From the NCBI RefSeq assembly GCF_000143415.4, contig NW_003314320.1:662183-726182 (forward strand): a DNA stretch of 64,000 bases. Direction: 5' to 3'. The DNA is from Selaginella moellendorffii. Lineage: Eukaryota > Plantae > Lycopodiophyta. Positions within the stretch are counted from its first letter, which is position 1. Each line of letters begins with the position of its first letter. Under the pieces are notes generated by a model. It did no database searches. It had not been told where the DNA came from and worked only from the letters and a program-made list of their open reading frames with translations. Of this stretch, positions 25,301 to 36,762 are shown piece by piece. The position numbers were made by a program, and so were the translations under genes.

Positions 25301-27699
25301 CCCCATCTCCCCATTTAACACAATCCACCACACCACACGTTCTCCGTAAAAGGTGAAAAAATCATGGCTTCTTTGCTTGAACTCCTGTCTGTCTTAATGG
25401 AAAATCTCGCAAAAGTACACACTGAACTGAAGTTAGTGTAACTTGAGAAGTCATAATTACCGCGTTTTTTTACCTGGGGCTCTGAGAGTCTGAGACACCC
25501 CACCTATTTCCTTAACCTTAGAATAGTACTGAAGTGTCTCAAGCACGAGATTTTGCGCTGACCGTACCAAATAATAACTATGAAAAGACGTGAACTATCA
25601 TCAAGAGAGTGGCTCGTCCTCTGCGTTTCTTGCGTGTTGGAAGAAGGAAAAAGAAGAAAATGAAAAGAATAAAAGGCTTTGTTACTATTTCAGATTAGCA
25701 TAATTATTAGTAAAAAAGGGATCTTCTGGCCTGTTTCATGTTCAGCAGTGGCAACATCAAGCTAACTTCAGGAAACTCATTCAATCCAACAACGAAAGCA
25801 ACGAATATAAATGCTTCTTCGGAGACGAATAATGCATGCAAGAGCAGGAATCTGCAAGAATCTCAGGACACTTGTTTTGTCTCGTGTCGTGGCCGCTTGG
25901 CGCTCAGATGCTCCGACTGAGAAAGAATTGCGTCAGTGCTTAAGCAAAGTCGCTACGTGATGCACTACGAATCACCGTCTCTCAGTGCGGGCATTCCAAA
26001 ACCATTGGAGGATCCACTGAGTTATCAACATATCGCACGGAATCGCTCGAGGAAGGCTCCAAAACAGCAAAGGGTTTTTCTTCGACGTCCGTGTTCCTGG
26101 GGAGGACAACTACAAAAGCTTGCGAGATCTCTCTCCAGCGCGATAAAACAACCCAAGACGCAGCCCAACACCAGACGCAGTGTTTGGAAGAAGCTCGTAT
26201 AGTAGCTGCCATGTTTGTCTCTGTCGCCGCAGCCGAGAATTTATAAACCCGCACTGCAGGGATGGACGAACGAACGATTCCTTCCTTGTCAAAACGACTT
26301 GAATGCTGCAGTGGCTTTGCATGGCGGCCACAAGGAAGAAAAAAACGACGCCATACGGAAAGAGCTCTCAAGAAACACTTCACACTTCAGTCGACCACCT
26401 TCAAATCAATCGGTCTTGTCTGCTCTGTCCGCTCTCTGTCGTTATTTATACATACACATATACATATTCTTTTTTCTATCTTTTTCTCTTATTATTTTGG
26501 GTTTTCTGATTTTTATCCTTTCATCCATTTTCTTTTGCAGAAACTGCCTCATTGTGCTGCACTACTGCTGCATTGGTCGGTGGAGTTACGTATGTGTCTC
26601 TTACGTACGCGCTTTTTCTTTTATAGTGTTTATTCTTGTTTTCTCTTTTCTTTAGGAATACTATGCTGATGGGATGATCTTCTCTCTGCTTCCTCTGAAG
26701 AGAGTACATGAAGAGATGTCCTCCAAGTATTTTGAATAATTATGAATGGCTTATATACCCTTTGCTAGCTGGCTGGCTCTTTGGATAGATAGTCTCTCGG
26801 TTCCGTCCAAGTGGGCAAACGAGTTTATGGCTTTTGTGCCCGTTTTCCATGAACCCATCCACAGATCGAGAAAGAGATTTGCTTCTTCTTGCAACCGATC
26901 GCAATGCCCCCCACGCTCTCGGTTTTGGGAGATCTTACGTTAATGCCACTCACGTTGCACTTAAAACCTTTCACCAACACGCTGAGAAAACTGAGGAGAA
27001 GATTGATCGTATTTTGGTTGACCCGGAAATCTTGGCATGAGTCGAGTTGGCAGTGTGTCAAGTACTAGTAGCCATAAAAAATATTGAATGCAACCCTGGT
27101 ATAGCACAAACTTCCGGCATATTTAAGTGAGATTGATGTGTGGTTTGCCAAGTGAAATCTCTTTAAAGATGCTGTATTAGTGTCTCATTCAGCGGCAGAG
27201 CGGTTTTGAGAACGAGCTGCATCAGCATCTCATATAGCTTTTACCACCAGGTCTTGAAGCTGACTGCCATATGTTTGGGCTTAATCTACGAGTTTCCAAA
27301 ACTTCCCCACTAACAGTGGGATGTATAGGAACTTGCTCCTGAGAAAACTGAGTTGCATTCTGTTACTAGATCATTTGGAGCAGAATATGACCCGGCGGCT
27401 GGGAGAACTAGCTTGAAATTCTGCTTTGTTTGGATGGCGTACCCTGTCACTACTACTATAGTAAATTTTCATGCTTCTGAGATGTGATGCATACGTAATA
27501 GGTTCATAAGTAATTGGTTTTGGTATTTTGGATGAAGCTTCATTATCCAACACTGGTTTGCTGAAACACCAGCAAAATAAGTAAGTTTAATTCTTCTTTT
27601 TCCCATTTTTCTTTTCTCTTTTGATTATGCGGCCACATCCAAGCCACCTTGGCCTCACATTTATACCTTCCTTGGCTGATTCTACAAATATTGATCCCA

Positions 27700-30480
27700 C
27701 CTCAACTAGAATAGCTCGAGATTATAGTGGTTGTGGTGGTCATGGCGGTCGTGAGTATTGGAAAATAAAAAGGCACAATGCCGTAACTTTCTTGCACACT
27801 ATGAGCAATCAAAATGGCATCATCAGGGGTGGTAGAGCCATTCTTGTTTGGAGGAGCGCAAACTGCAACACAATGTTATCATTGCCAGGAATGTGAGAAT
27901 GGTCATCAAGATGTTGTCTCTCAAAACAACAATAGTGATGCTAAAATACTTCTTGTAAATCATTTGGAAAACTAATGGATGTGTCTAAAGTCTTGGAGGG
28001 TTTATATACATATCTCATCCTTCTCTAACATGAACAGATAATAGGAGGTGTTTTGTTATTCTTAACCGTCTGTGGATGACATGAGGTCTCTTGTTATTTC
28101 TCGATTTATATTTGTCTTCTCCAGAGTTATTCATGATACTAAGGTGACGGTCTTAGGGCATTGTATCTCTGCAATCTCCAACATTCCATGGTCTCTAGTT
28201 TAAAATTACAAGAGGTCTCATGTTCTTAGATTTGTGAGGTGTTTCTGCTGATCATAACTCTTTACCCCAATTGTTATCTATGGCATATGTGCCCTTGTAA
28301 CTTGGGGAGTATAAACACACTCTTCTATTACATGTGAGCCCAACCAAGTTTACGATATGATCTTGGGTGTTAATTGGCTACATGCTACTAAGGTTTATTC
28401 TGACTTTGAGAAGAACTTCCTCACTATTCCAAGGCATCATTCCTTTGTTGCTATTCATTGTGTTTGCCAGGGCTCCATAGCTATTATTGAAGATCTTCCT
28501 CCTTCACTTCCTAGGCCCTCTCCTACAGAGCAGGCTCAAGATGTAAAGAAGTTTCTTACTCATTTCTTAAAGCTATTTGGTCCTTTTAATCAGACTAAGT
28601 CTATAATGCATACTCAACATAGTATTTCTACTCTAGATGTGAAGAAAGACTTTGTCAATAATCTTAAAAGAAGAAGCATATGAATAAGTGTATGAGAGAG
28701 AAGTCCATGGGTTGACTTTTGTTGTGAATATAATTGTAAGTATTGAAAGTTATCTGTTAGAAAGTCCTTTTAAATATTATTATTTTACTACCATGATAAT
28801 AAGAGATTGGTACTATCATGCTTCATGTGTTAGTCCCATTCACTATTTATGGAAAGTGTTATATCTACAGAATGTAAATACTGTTTAAAACACAATGGTA
28901 TTGTTCCCACCCATATCCAAATTAATAATTTAACACCATTCCATATTAAAAAAGAGGGGGGGGGGGGGGGGGTAAAAATATATATAGTAGAGACAATGGG
29001 TAAAATAGGGTAGGTATGGCTGACCAATTTAAAAAAAAATCCAAGTTTCCCCTTGGGGGCCATCTTTATTTTACATTTACCTTGGGTTTAATCCCAAGTT
29101 CTATACAATGTTAGTTCTTGGAGTACTCATATCCTCACATTAGGCCATTGATATGTTGAAATAACACTAAATTTTATTTGACTTTATTTTGCATGTTGAT
29201 CTTGGCATTGGGATGTTAAATGCTCTAAGATTGTTTTAAAATCACTTTGTGCTCCTATCCTTTCACTCCGTAAACTATACATTTGAAAGTAATTTAGTGC
29301 TTCAGTTCTTTTAGTTTTTAATTATATGCTTAGGAATTTAGCATTGTCCTTTTGTTTAATGGTTTATTTGAAACTCAAGTTCTACTCCACTACCCTTAGC
29401 CCACATGTCTAAGGTTTACATTCTGCTCTATGGTTATCTAATGGTAAATCACTATAAGGTAAAGGATGAAAACCACATGTTCTACAAAGTTAAATGAGAT
29501 TAAATATGCATTTTATAATTGACTATAGTTCTTTGAATGATATTATGGTGGTTAACTCTTGTTTGATAATTTGATAGATGCTTTTATGAACAATGAATAT
29601 TTCAGCATTAATGTATTTACAAATATCTATGGATTCTACTAATATGGCAAAGTTAGTTTTTTGAACTCTAAAGGGTTTATACAAGTTTATAATAATGCCT
29701 TTTGGAGCAATATAGGTACCTATAATATTTTAATTCAATTAAACTCACCACCACCTAAACACTATTTATTATATATTTCTCTTCTTTTCAATAAGAAGAA
29801 CAAACTAGACCACCACCACCATAAACACCATTCTTATCTAACCCATCCATTCCTACTCTATATAGGGTGAGATTATTGTTTTAGATAGTCAATTACTCTT
29901 ATAAATCCTTCTTTCTTTCTTTATATATATGATCCCACAAAAACAAGACATGGAAAATTGTTTAACCATATCCAGATCATTCATTAGTTTATTTGCTATA
30001 AAGTTTTTCAATCAATCTTTACAAATATTTGTAATTTTTTTGTAGAGAAGGAAGAGGCTATGCTCAAAAAATATTGAGGCTGTTTATGGTGCACTAAATG
30101 ATAATACTATTAATGCTATAAAGAATGAAGATTTATATTAAACATTAGAGAGTTTTGAATTTATTATGGATTTCCATCTTCAAATTTTACATCCTTTATT
30201 TAATTCTCTACTCAAGGCTTAATAAAAATGTTTTAAAGCTTCATAACCAAGCTTATTGCATATAATTAATAGTCAAGAGACTCAAGAATACAATATTGGT
30301 CCAAACAAACATCTATCCACTATTATACTAGTCTATTGAAAAAATTATACAAAGGTTTGAGGAAATAAAACTTGAATTGATCAAGCCAATGATAAAGAAA
30401 GGCATTAATATGGGTTTAAATTGAAATATGATAGCAAACACTTTTTTTGCTTTATAAGGCTTGTTAAGGCAATTCACATA
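27700..30480 (+). mobile_element. Highly decayed, AT-rich LTR-retrotransposon gag-pol remnant (boundaries approximate)
   Basis: Retropepsin-like YDMILGVNWL (~28350), RNase H-like YERE motif (~28690) and an APILSL RT-RH connection remnant (~29250). No long ORFs. Confidence 0.5.
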
Positions 30481-30656
30481 TGTGAGTGCTTGGGATATGA
30501 GAATAAATATATTAATTGGGATTTAGACCCTTGTTTATATATAAGAATGGATAGACTAGATTTAGTCTCAAATAAATGATCCATATACTATAGTACTATA
30601 ATTAATGCATTACCTAGGTAGAGTATACTTGTGTGTGTGTGTGTGTTTATATATAT

Positions 30657-30798
30657 AGCTCCAGATATTCCACCTAACTTATTATCATCACCTTTTTTAT
30701 CTTCTAAAGGAGAGAATGGTGAAAAGTATGTATGTGTCTATATATATGATAAAGATAAAAAAGGTGATGATAATAAGTTAGGTGGAATATCTGGAGCT
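30657..30798. repeat. Perfect 47-bp inverted repeat with a 48-nt spacer
   Basis: AGCTCCAGATATTCCACCTAACTTATTATCATCACCTTTTTTATCTT (30657-30703) is the exact reverse complement of 30752-30798. Confidence 0.95.
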
Positions 30799-31021
30799 TT
30801 TGCTAGATGATGTGAGACACAAAATCCCTAGGCCCCAAAGTGGCCGAAGCAAAAGCCAAATGAACGTAACACGTTTGGACTTTGGACTGAAAGCTTCGAC
30901 TTGAAAGGTTGAGAGCAGAAGTGGAACTCCCAACAAAGTGCTCAAGGAACAAGCACGAAACGAGCAATAAGCGAGGCTCCAAAAAGGGACCCAAAAGGAT
31001 CAGCACATGACATGTGGAAGT

Positions 31022-31520
31022 GTCCGAGATGGACCGAGACGGAGTTCTAGATGGAGTTCGGGATGGACCGAGACGGAGTCCGAGATGGAGTTCGAGATGG
31101 ACCCAAGATGGAGTCCGAGATGGACCAAGACGGAGTCCGAGATGGAGTTCGAGAGGGATCTGAGATGGAGTTCAAGATGGACCCGAGATGGAGTCCAAGA
31201 TGGATCCAAGATGGAGTCCGAGATGGACCAAGACGGAGTCTGAGATGGAGTCCGAGATGGACCCAAGATGGAGTTCGAGATGGACCGAGACGGAGTCCGA
31301 AATGGACCGAGACGGAGTTCGAGATGGACCCGAGATGGAATTTGAGATGGAGTCCGAGAAGGACCTAAGATGGAGTCCAAGGTTGAGACCGAGGCCGGGA
31401 CCGAGACTGGGATCGAGACCGAGACCAAGACCGAGATCAAGACCGAGACCGAGACCGAGGTCGAGGCCAAGTCTGAGTCCGAGTCCGAGTCCGAGTCCGA
31501 GTCCAAATTCGAGTCTGAGA
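31022..31520 (+). repeat. Short-unit tandem arrays (GAGATGGAGTCC/GAGATGGACC, then GAGACC/GAGTCC) inside the LTR of A
   Basis: Visible 6-12 bp periodicity. The same array with a different copy number is at ~51333-51900. Related hexamer arrays occur in the B LTRs (~35120-35390, ~48500-48780). Confidence 0.9.
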
Positions 31521-34500
31521 GGGTGAAAGCCCAAAGCGTTTGTCTCCTAGACCCTAGGGGGTTTAGTGAGCTCCAAATGTATAGTAAGGGGGAGGAATGC
31601 AGTGGAGCCAGTTTGGCCAGGAAAGGCCAGTTTGGCCCAGGAAGGCTATACCCAGTGTTAGGTGATGAGCTGCCCACTGGGAAGTCCAAGACTAGAGTGA
31701 ACACGGACGGACAAGCAGGGTAGTTTGGTGAAGTGTTCAAGAGCCGGTTCTAGTTCCCCCGGGAGATCGACTGGCCGATGCTCCCAGTCCAAGTGTGGGT
31801 GGCACTACCTACTTGGATACCTGGCATGGCTCAATGGAACTTTGCTCTAAGCCCATGGCTAGAGCACCCAAAGATGGAAGGCGGGGAGAGTACCCATGAG
31901 GCTCGCATAAGGCTGTGGTGTTCCGAAATGTTGCCCCAAAGTCCCAAACTGTGAAAAGGAGGAGGAACTGTCCTCTAGTGTAGAGACCAAGGATACAGTC
32001 ATGTGAGGAGGTAGTCCCAGAGGACCGAGGGACTTAATGGTCGGGCTTGTGGGCCTTGATCTAGTGGCAATGTTGGTGAACATAGCCATGGACAAAAAGG
32101 GACTTGGTGGGGACTGGAAAAGAGATATTGGGGAAGGCTAATCCCCATGTCTGTGGGCATCCTAAGGATGCTAAGGAGTGGATCAGGGATGATCATTCAT
32201 GGATGGATGACCCAGTCTTTGAGAGATGGGACTGTGATGCAGATGGTGTTAGACCACCGGTATGACCAAAGTGAAGGGGCATGGCCTTAGCGTAATAGGT
32301 TGATATGTCGATGGTACCTTGGGGTGTCGGTCATGGGATCAGACACGTGGAGCACTTGGACCAAGTGCAAAGGTTGAGTGGCATGGATGTCATTGTTAGG
32401 GTTAGCAAGTCCCTAAGTCCAGAATGGGACTTATGGAGGTTGTGAGTGAGACTCCTCCAAGTGGTTGAATGTATGGTTAAGTGACTAAAGTAGAATGGAA
32501 AAATTAATCTCTTACAATTTGGTATCAAAGCCGTTCCTTAGTCTGACTTTTATTGGTGCTTAAGTATATCACCACTTGTGTTGGCATCGGAAGGTCCTAG
32601 GAGTGGGCCTATCTTTGAGGAGTAGCAAGTCGGGAAGACATGGCTCTCCACTCAAGTTCATGCGTGAACTTGTGTGCAATGTGGTGGATGGAAAAGGGCT
32701 AATAAGGGAACAACTTTGGGATCTTGGGAATAGCATAAGGGTTTCCTCGGAGAGTTGAGGATGTGATCCAAATGAGCATTTGATGCAACAAATGGGCTAA
32801 TATAGTTATGGTAAACAATTATAGTTGGGATCACGGGAAAGATGCAGACTCCAAAACAATAAAGGAGTCACAAGAATACCCTCTTGACGTTGAGGCTAGT
32901 GCTCATGAATTTGAGACCAAAATTAATGACCGTGGAAGGTCAAATACGGAAAAGGACACAAGTCCTCGAAATGGTAGTCGGAGCTACCTCTAATAAATGC
33001 TGGAACAACCCAAGGAGTTTGGGGTGTACTCAGAGGATGAGATGGTATTCTCATCACATGGACAAGTGGTCCTAAGGGGCAAAAGGTTGCCCTAAGAGAA
33101 CAAATCAAGTGTCAGAGTAACACTTGCAAAGATGGTCTTTGTGAGTAGGATGCGAATACAAGAAGTTGTATTCCAATGAGTTAGCACCTCAGAGGTAGGA
33201 CCTCATGGGTTGTCGAATGACAAAGTTTAAAAAGCTGGATGACTCAAATAGAGTCAAGGAATAATCCTAAAGGATTGATGGAAGCATTTGGACTAAGGTG
33301 TGTTGTACCCTACGAAGGATGGGGGGGATCATAGGATCCAAAGATAAGAACAAAGGGTATTTCATCGATGGTAGAGTGGGCCATGCTAAAGTCATGGGAA
33401 AGGTGTTCCCAAAAAAAAAAAAAGCAACTTTGGCATAGAGTTGTGTGTGAACACTATGGTGTAGTGCTAATTGATAGTTGGCATGAAAAATGACTGTTTT
33501 GGTCTTGGCAAAGACCTAGACATAAGTAAGAAGTGTCATAGAGGTAAGCTCATGGAGCCATTAGTGTGGAGACACCAAATGTGCCAAAGTAAGATACCTT
33601 GAGGTTATGTTAATGGGTTCATAGGAACCTTTTGCCAAGGGAATGGCATAGCCTAAACTAGAAGGCATGTGGTTGGAGTGTGGTGACCCAGCACCAAGTA
33701 ATGAGTTGTAGGACTTGACAATTATGGGGCAATTAAGCGAGAGATGCAAGATAATTGGTTAAACGGGTAGAAAGTAGCTACCCAAGACTTCTTAATGGCA
33801 TAAGGAAGTTAGATATACCCTTACGAGGGATAAATTGCTTATGTTGCGATATAGTAAGTCAATGTCGAAAAACAAAATGCTCATTATCAAGGAGACTATC
33901 ATTAGGACACCCAAACGCTCTGGAACACTAGAAGGTGGTGTTTAATATTGCGAGGGCAATAGATAAGGCCCAAAGGACTAAGTCCTTAGCAAATGATGGA
34001 TAGGAGATGCTATCCAAATGTCCAAAGTTGTGGAGACGGGAGGAATCCGTCTACCCGATTTGGACAAAGCTAAAAATGGGATTTTGGCAAGACTAGTGAT
34101 GGGCATATGGAGGCCCATAAGTAGCAATAGTAATCCTAGTGTGTGGGATTATAAAGTGAGCATGCCCAGATTGAGGAACCACTCCCTAAGTTATTGGGTA
34201 GGTTCATCACTATAAACACTTGCTAAGGCATGGTAAAATGTGGAAAGTTATCCTTTTAGTATGGAGGAGAATAACCAAAGGAAACATATGGGGCCAAAAG
34301 GCAAATGTAAGCCACAAAATTTTTCCTTTCCAATTTGCCAGCTTACCTTGTCTATTTGACCAACACTGCCTTGGCTTGTGCTAAGTTCCCTCGCCAAGGT
34401 TCCACCTATTTTACCAGCTTCTACTTGGTCCTACTTGGTTTCAGCTACTTACTGTACGAGCAACGGAGCGTTAGCCATCCATCCACGGATTCCCAAATCT

Positions 34501-36251
34501 CTCCCAATCCCCCTCCCCGGGTTAGACTGGACTTAAGGTTTGGCTACACTCCCCACAGGCACAAGCAACCAAGCACACCAAGCCTCCAGGTTCCTAACAC
34601 CCCTTGGTACAACAAGACTTGATCATGGGACCCTCTAAATCCCAAGCCTTGGGTGCAACACTTGCTTCGGAACATCGGGGTGAAACACCGTGGCCTAACG
34701 GCCCGGCATGGGTACCTCTACCCCCCCACTTCCATCCCGAAGGGAAGGCCCAAGCCCCTAGGAAGGGCGAGGACCAATGAGCCACAAGGTACTCAAGTGG
34801 GGCACCACTCCACATGAGCCGGGAGCACCGCCGTCGGTTTCCTTTCGGGAGTGGGAGCTGCTCTTGAGCACTTCCCTAGGTGGCCCCTCCGGCACCACCC
34901 AAGCCCATGTTCACTCCCACCCAAGGCCCCTCGGCCCCAGTCTCAACCTCAAGTCAGTTTGGAAGCACCACTAAAGAGTTCCTTTAAGACTGATTCCTGG
35001 ACTTCACTATCCCTACTATACTTTTGGAACCCCCTACAGAACCCCCTACAGCCCCCCCCCCCCCCCCCCTGGGAGACGCACGCTTTGGGCTTTCACCCCT
35101 TGACCCGTATTAGTATTTGGACTTAGTCTCAAATTTGATCTCGGACTCGATCTCGGACCCGACTTCGGACTCGGTCTTGGACTCGATCTCAGACTCGATC
35201 TCGAACCCAGTCTCGGACTTGACTTCGGACTCGACCTCGGACTCGGTCTCGGACCTGATTTGGATCTTGGACTCTGTCTCGAACTCGGTCTCGAACTCGG
35301 TCTCCAATTCAGCCTCGGACTTGATCCCGGACTCTATCTCGAACTCGGTCTTAGAGTCGGTCTTGGACTTGATCTTCGACTTGGTCCCATCTGATGAACA
35401 CTTTATCATTTTGGTCATGCTTTCGGGGATCCTTTACCTATGACACCTCGGGGAGTCGGTTCCTTACAACTCCACCACCCATAGAAGAAGTTCGATGCCC
35501 ACATCGAACGTCTCTTTTTATCCTACAACTTGTTGACCATGTCTCCAGGGGCATCCCCCCACTTAGCGGTGTGCCTAAGTTAGCCTCCCCGGCCAAGAGC
35601 CCATGACAACAGAATATAGGTGTCCCTATACCCCTCACCTCACCAAGCCCTAGTATGGTGTCAGGACTTGAACCCAGCCTTGCTTTACTAGGGGGTTGGG
35701 ACTCGAACCCAACCTTCGTAGAATATGTCTACGGATTCGACATCCCCGCAAGGAGTTGGGCGTAGTGCCCTATGCCTGGTCGACCTAGCCAACCCATGCT
35801 AATTAGCTTACCTTCGGCACGCCTTCAGGTCCTAACATATGCCATTGCTCAACTTCACAAATTGATATTTTAATTGAACTTTGCATAAGTACATAGAGTT
35901 CTGCCTTGCAGAAATTCCTCCATTAGATCTCGCGCGTTCGCTAAGTTCTCCTCTGGTTCCCATATTGCTTTGTAGTGTGGAAATCCTTTCCACTTCACAT
36001 GAAACTCTCTCACCTCGCGCCCTCGTCGCTGGCTCTTGCGCGCATTGAGGATGGCCTCGACTTCGTATTCTTCCTCCCCTTGGATAACCTCAGGTAAAGG
36101 TCTTACTTAGTCCTTCCAAAGCGGATTCTGAAAGTACGGCTTGAGTAAGTTCACGTGGAACACTGGGTGCATCTTCCCTATCTCTCAGGGAAGTCGGAGA
36201 TGGTAAGCCACTTTACCGATTCGTGCCTCAATTTCGTAAGGCCCCGTGAAC

Positions 36252-36303
36252 CTGCTTAAGGAACTCAAGATCAATTCATTTACAGGAATACATGCATTTT
36301 TAC
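36252..36303 (-). other. Putative 52-nt spliceosomal intron just before the integrase GPY motif of element B
   Basis: CAA AG|GTAAAAATGCATGTATTCCTGTAAATGAATTGATCTTGAGTTCCTTAAGCAG|G TTC ACG GGG CCT TAC. Removal gives KLTQRFTGPYEI. Confidence 0.8.
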
Positions 36304-36721
36304 CTTTGGGTCAACTTTCGGGTTATCCCACTTGGTAGCCTGAGGTTCTTGGTGTTCAGCCACACCTTCTCCCCAGCTTGGAACTCTACGTCCCGACGCT
36401 TCTGGTTTGCGTACTTGGTTTGCCTTTGTTGAGCCCATTCCAAGGAATCCCTCACTAGATTCCAAATGCTGAGTCTTTCCGCCGTGAATGCCTCCACTGT
36501 AGGTAACTCTCCATGATACTCGGCCACGTCGAGTTCCACAGGACCTTCAATAGCTCGCCCATTGATGACTTCCTATGGACTCACCCCGATATTCGAATGT
36601 GGTGAGTTGTTATAACACATTTTCGCAAGTCCCAAATGACTTACCTAATCGGTCTGGTCTGCCGAAACATAGCATCGCAAATAATCCTCCAATTGCCTAT
36701 TCACCCTTTCCGTTTGTCCGT

Positions 36722-36762
36722 CTGTCAAGAAGTGTTATCAAACTTGACTTAATGCCCCATAC
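36722..36762 (-). other. Putative 41-nt spliceosomal intron in the integrase catalytic core of element B
   Basis: ACA A|GTATGGGGCATTAAGTCAAGTTTGATAACACTTCTTGACAG|AC GGA CAA ACG GAA. Removal gives YHPQTNGQTER and exact D-x35-E spacing. Confidence 0.75.

Noticed and set aside
31022-31370. CRISPR-like periodicity
   Set aside because: No unique spacers; a simple degenerate tandem array in a eukaryotic LTR.
31000-31740. Long ES/ET/RP/LG-repeat ORFs on both strands (also 35110-35443, 48500-48867, 51120-52119)
   Set aside because: They arise from stop-poor 6/12-bp tandem arrays inside LTRs and are open in several frames on both strands.
35656-35714. Complete tRNA gene or SINE
   Set aside because: Only T-arm-like hairpins are present; no D-arm, anticodon arm or A-box recognised.
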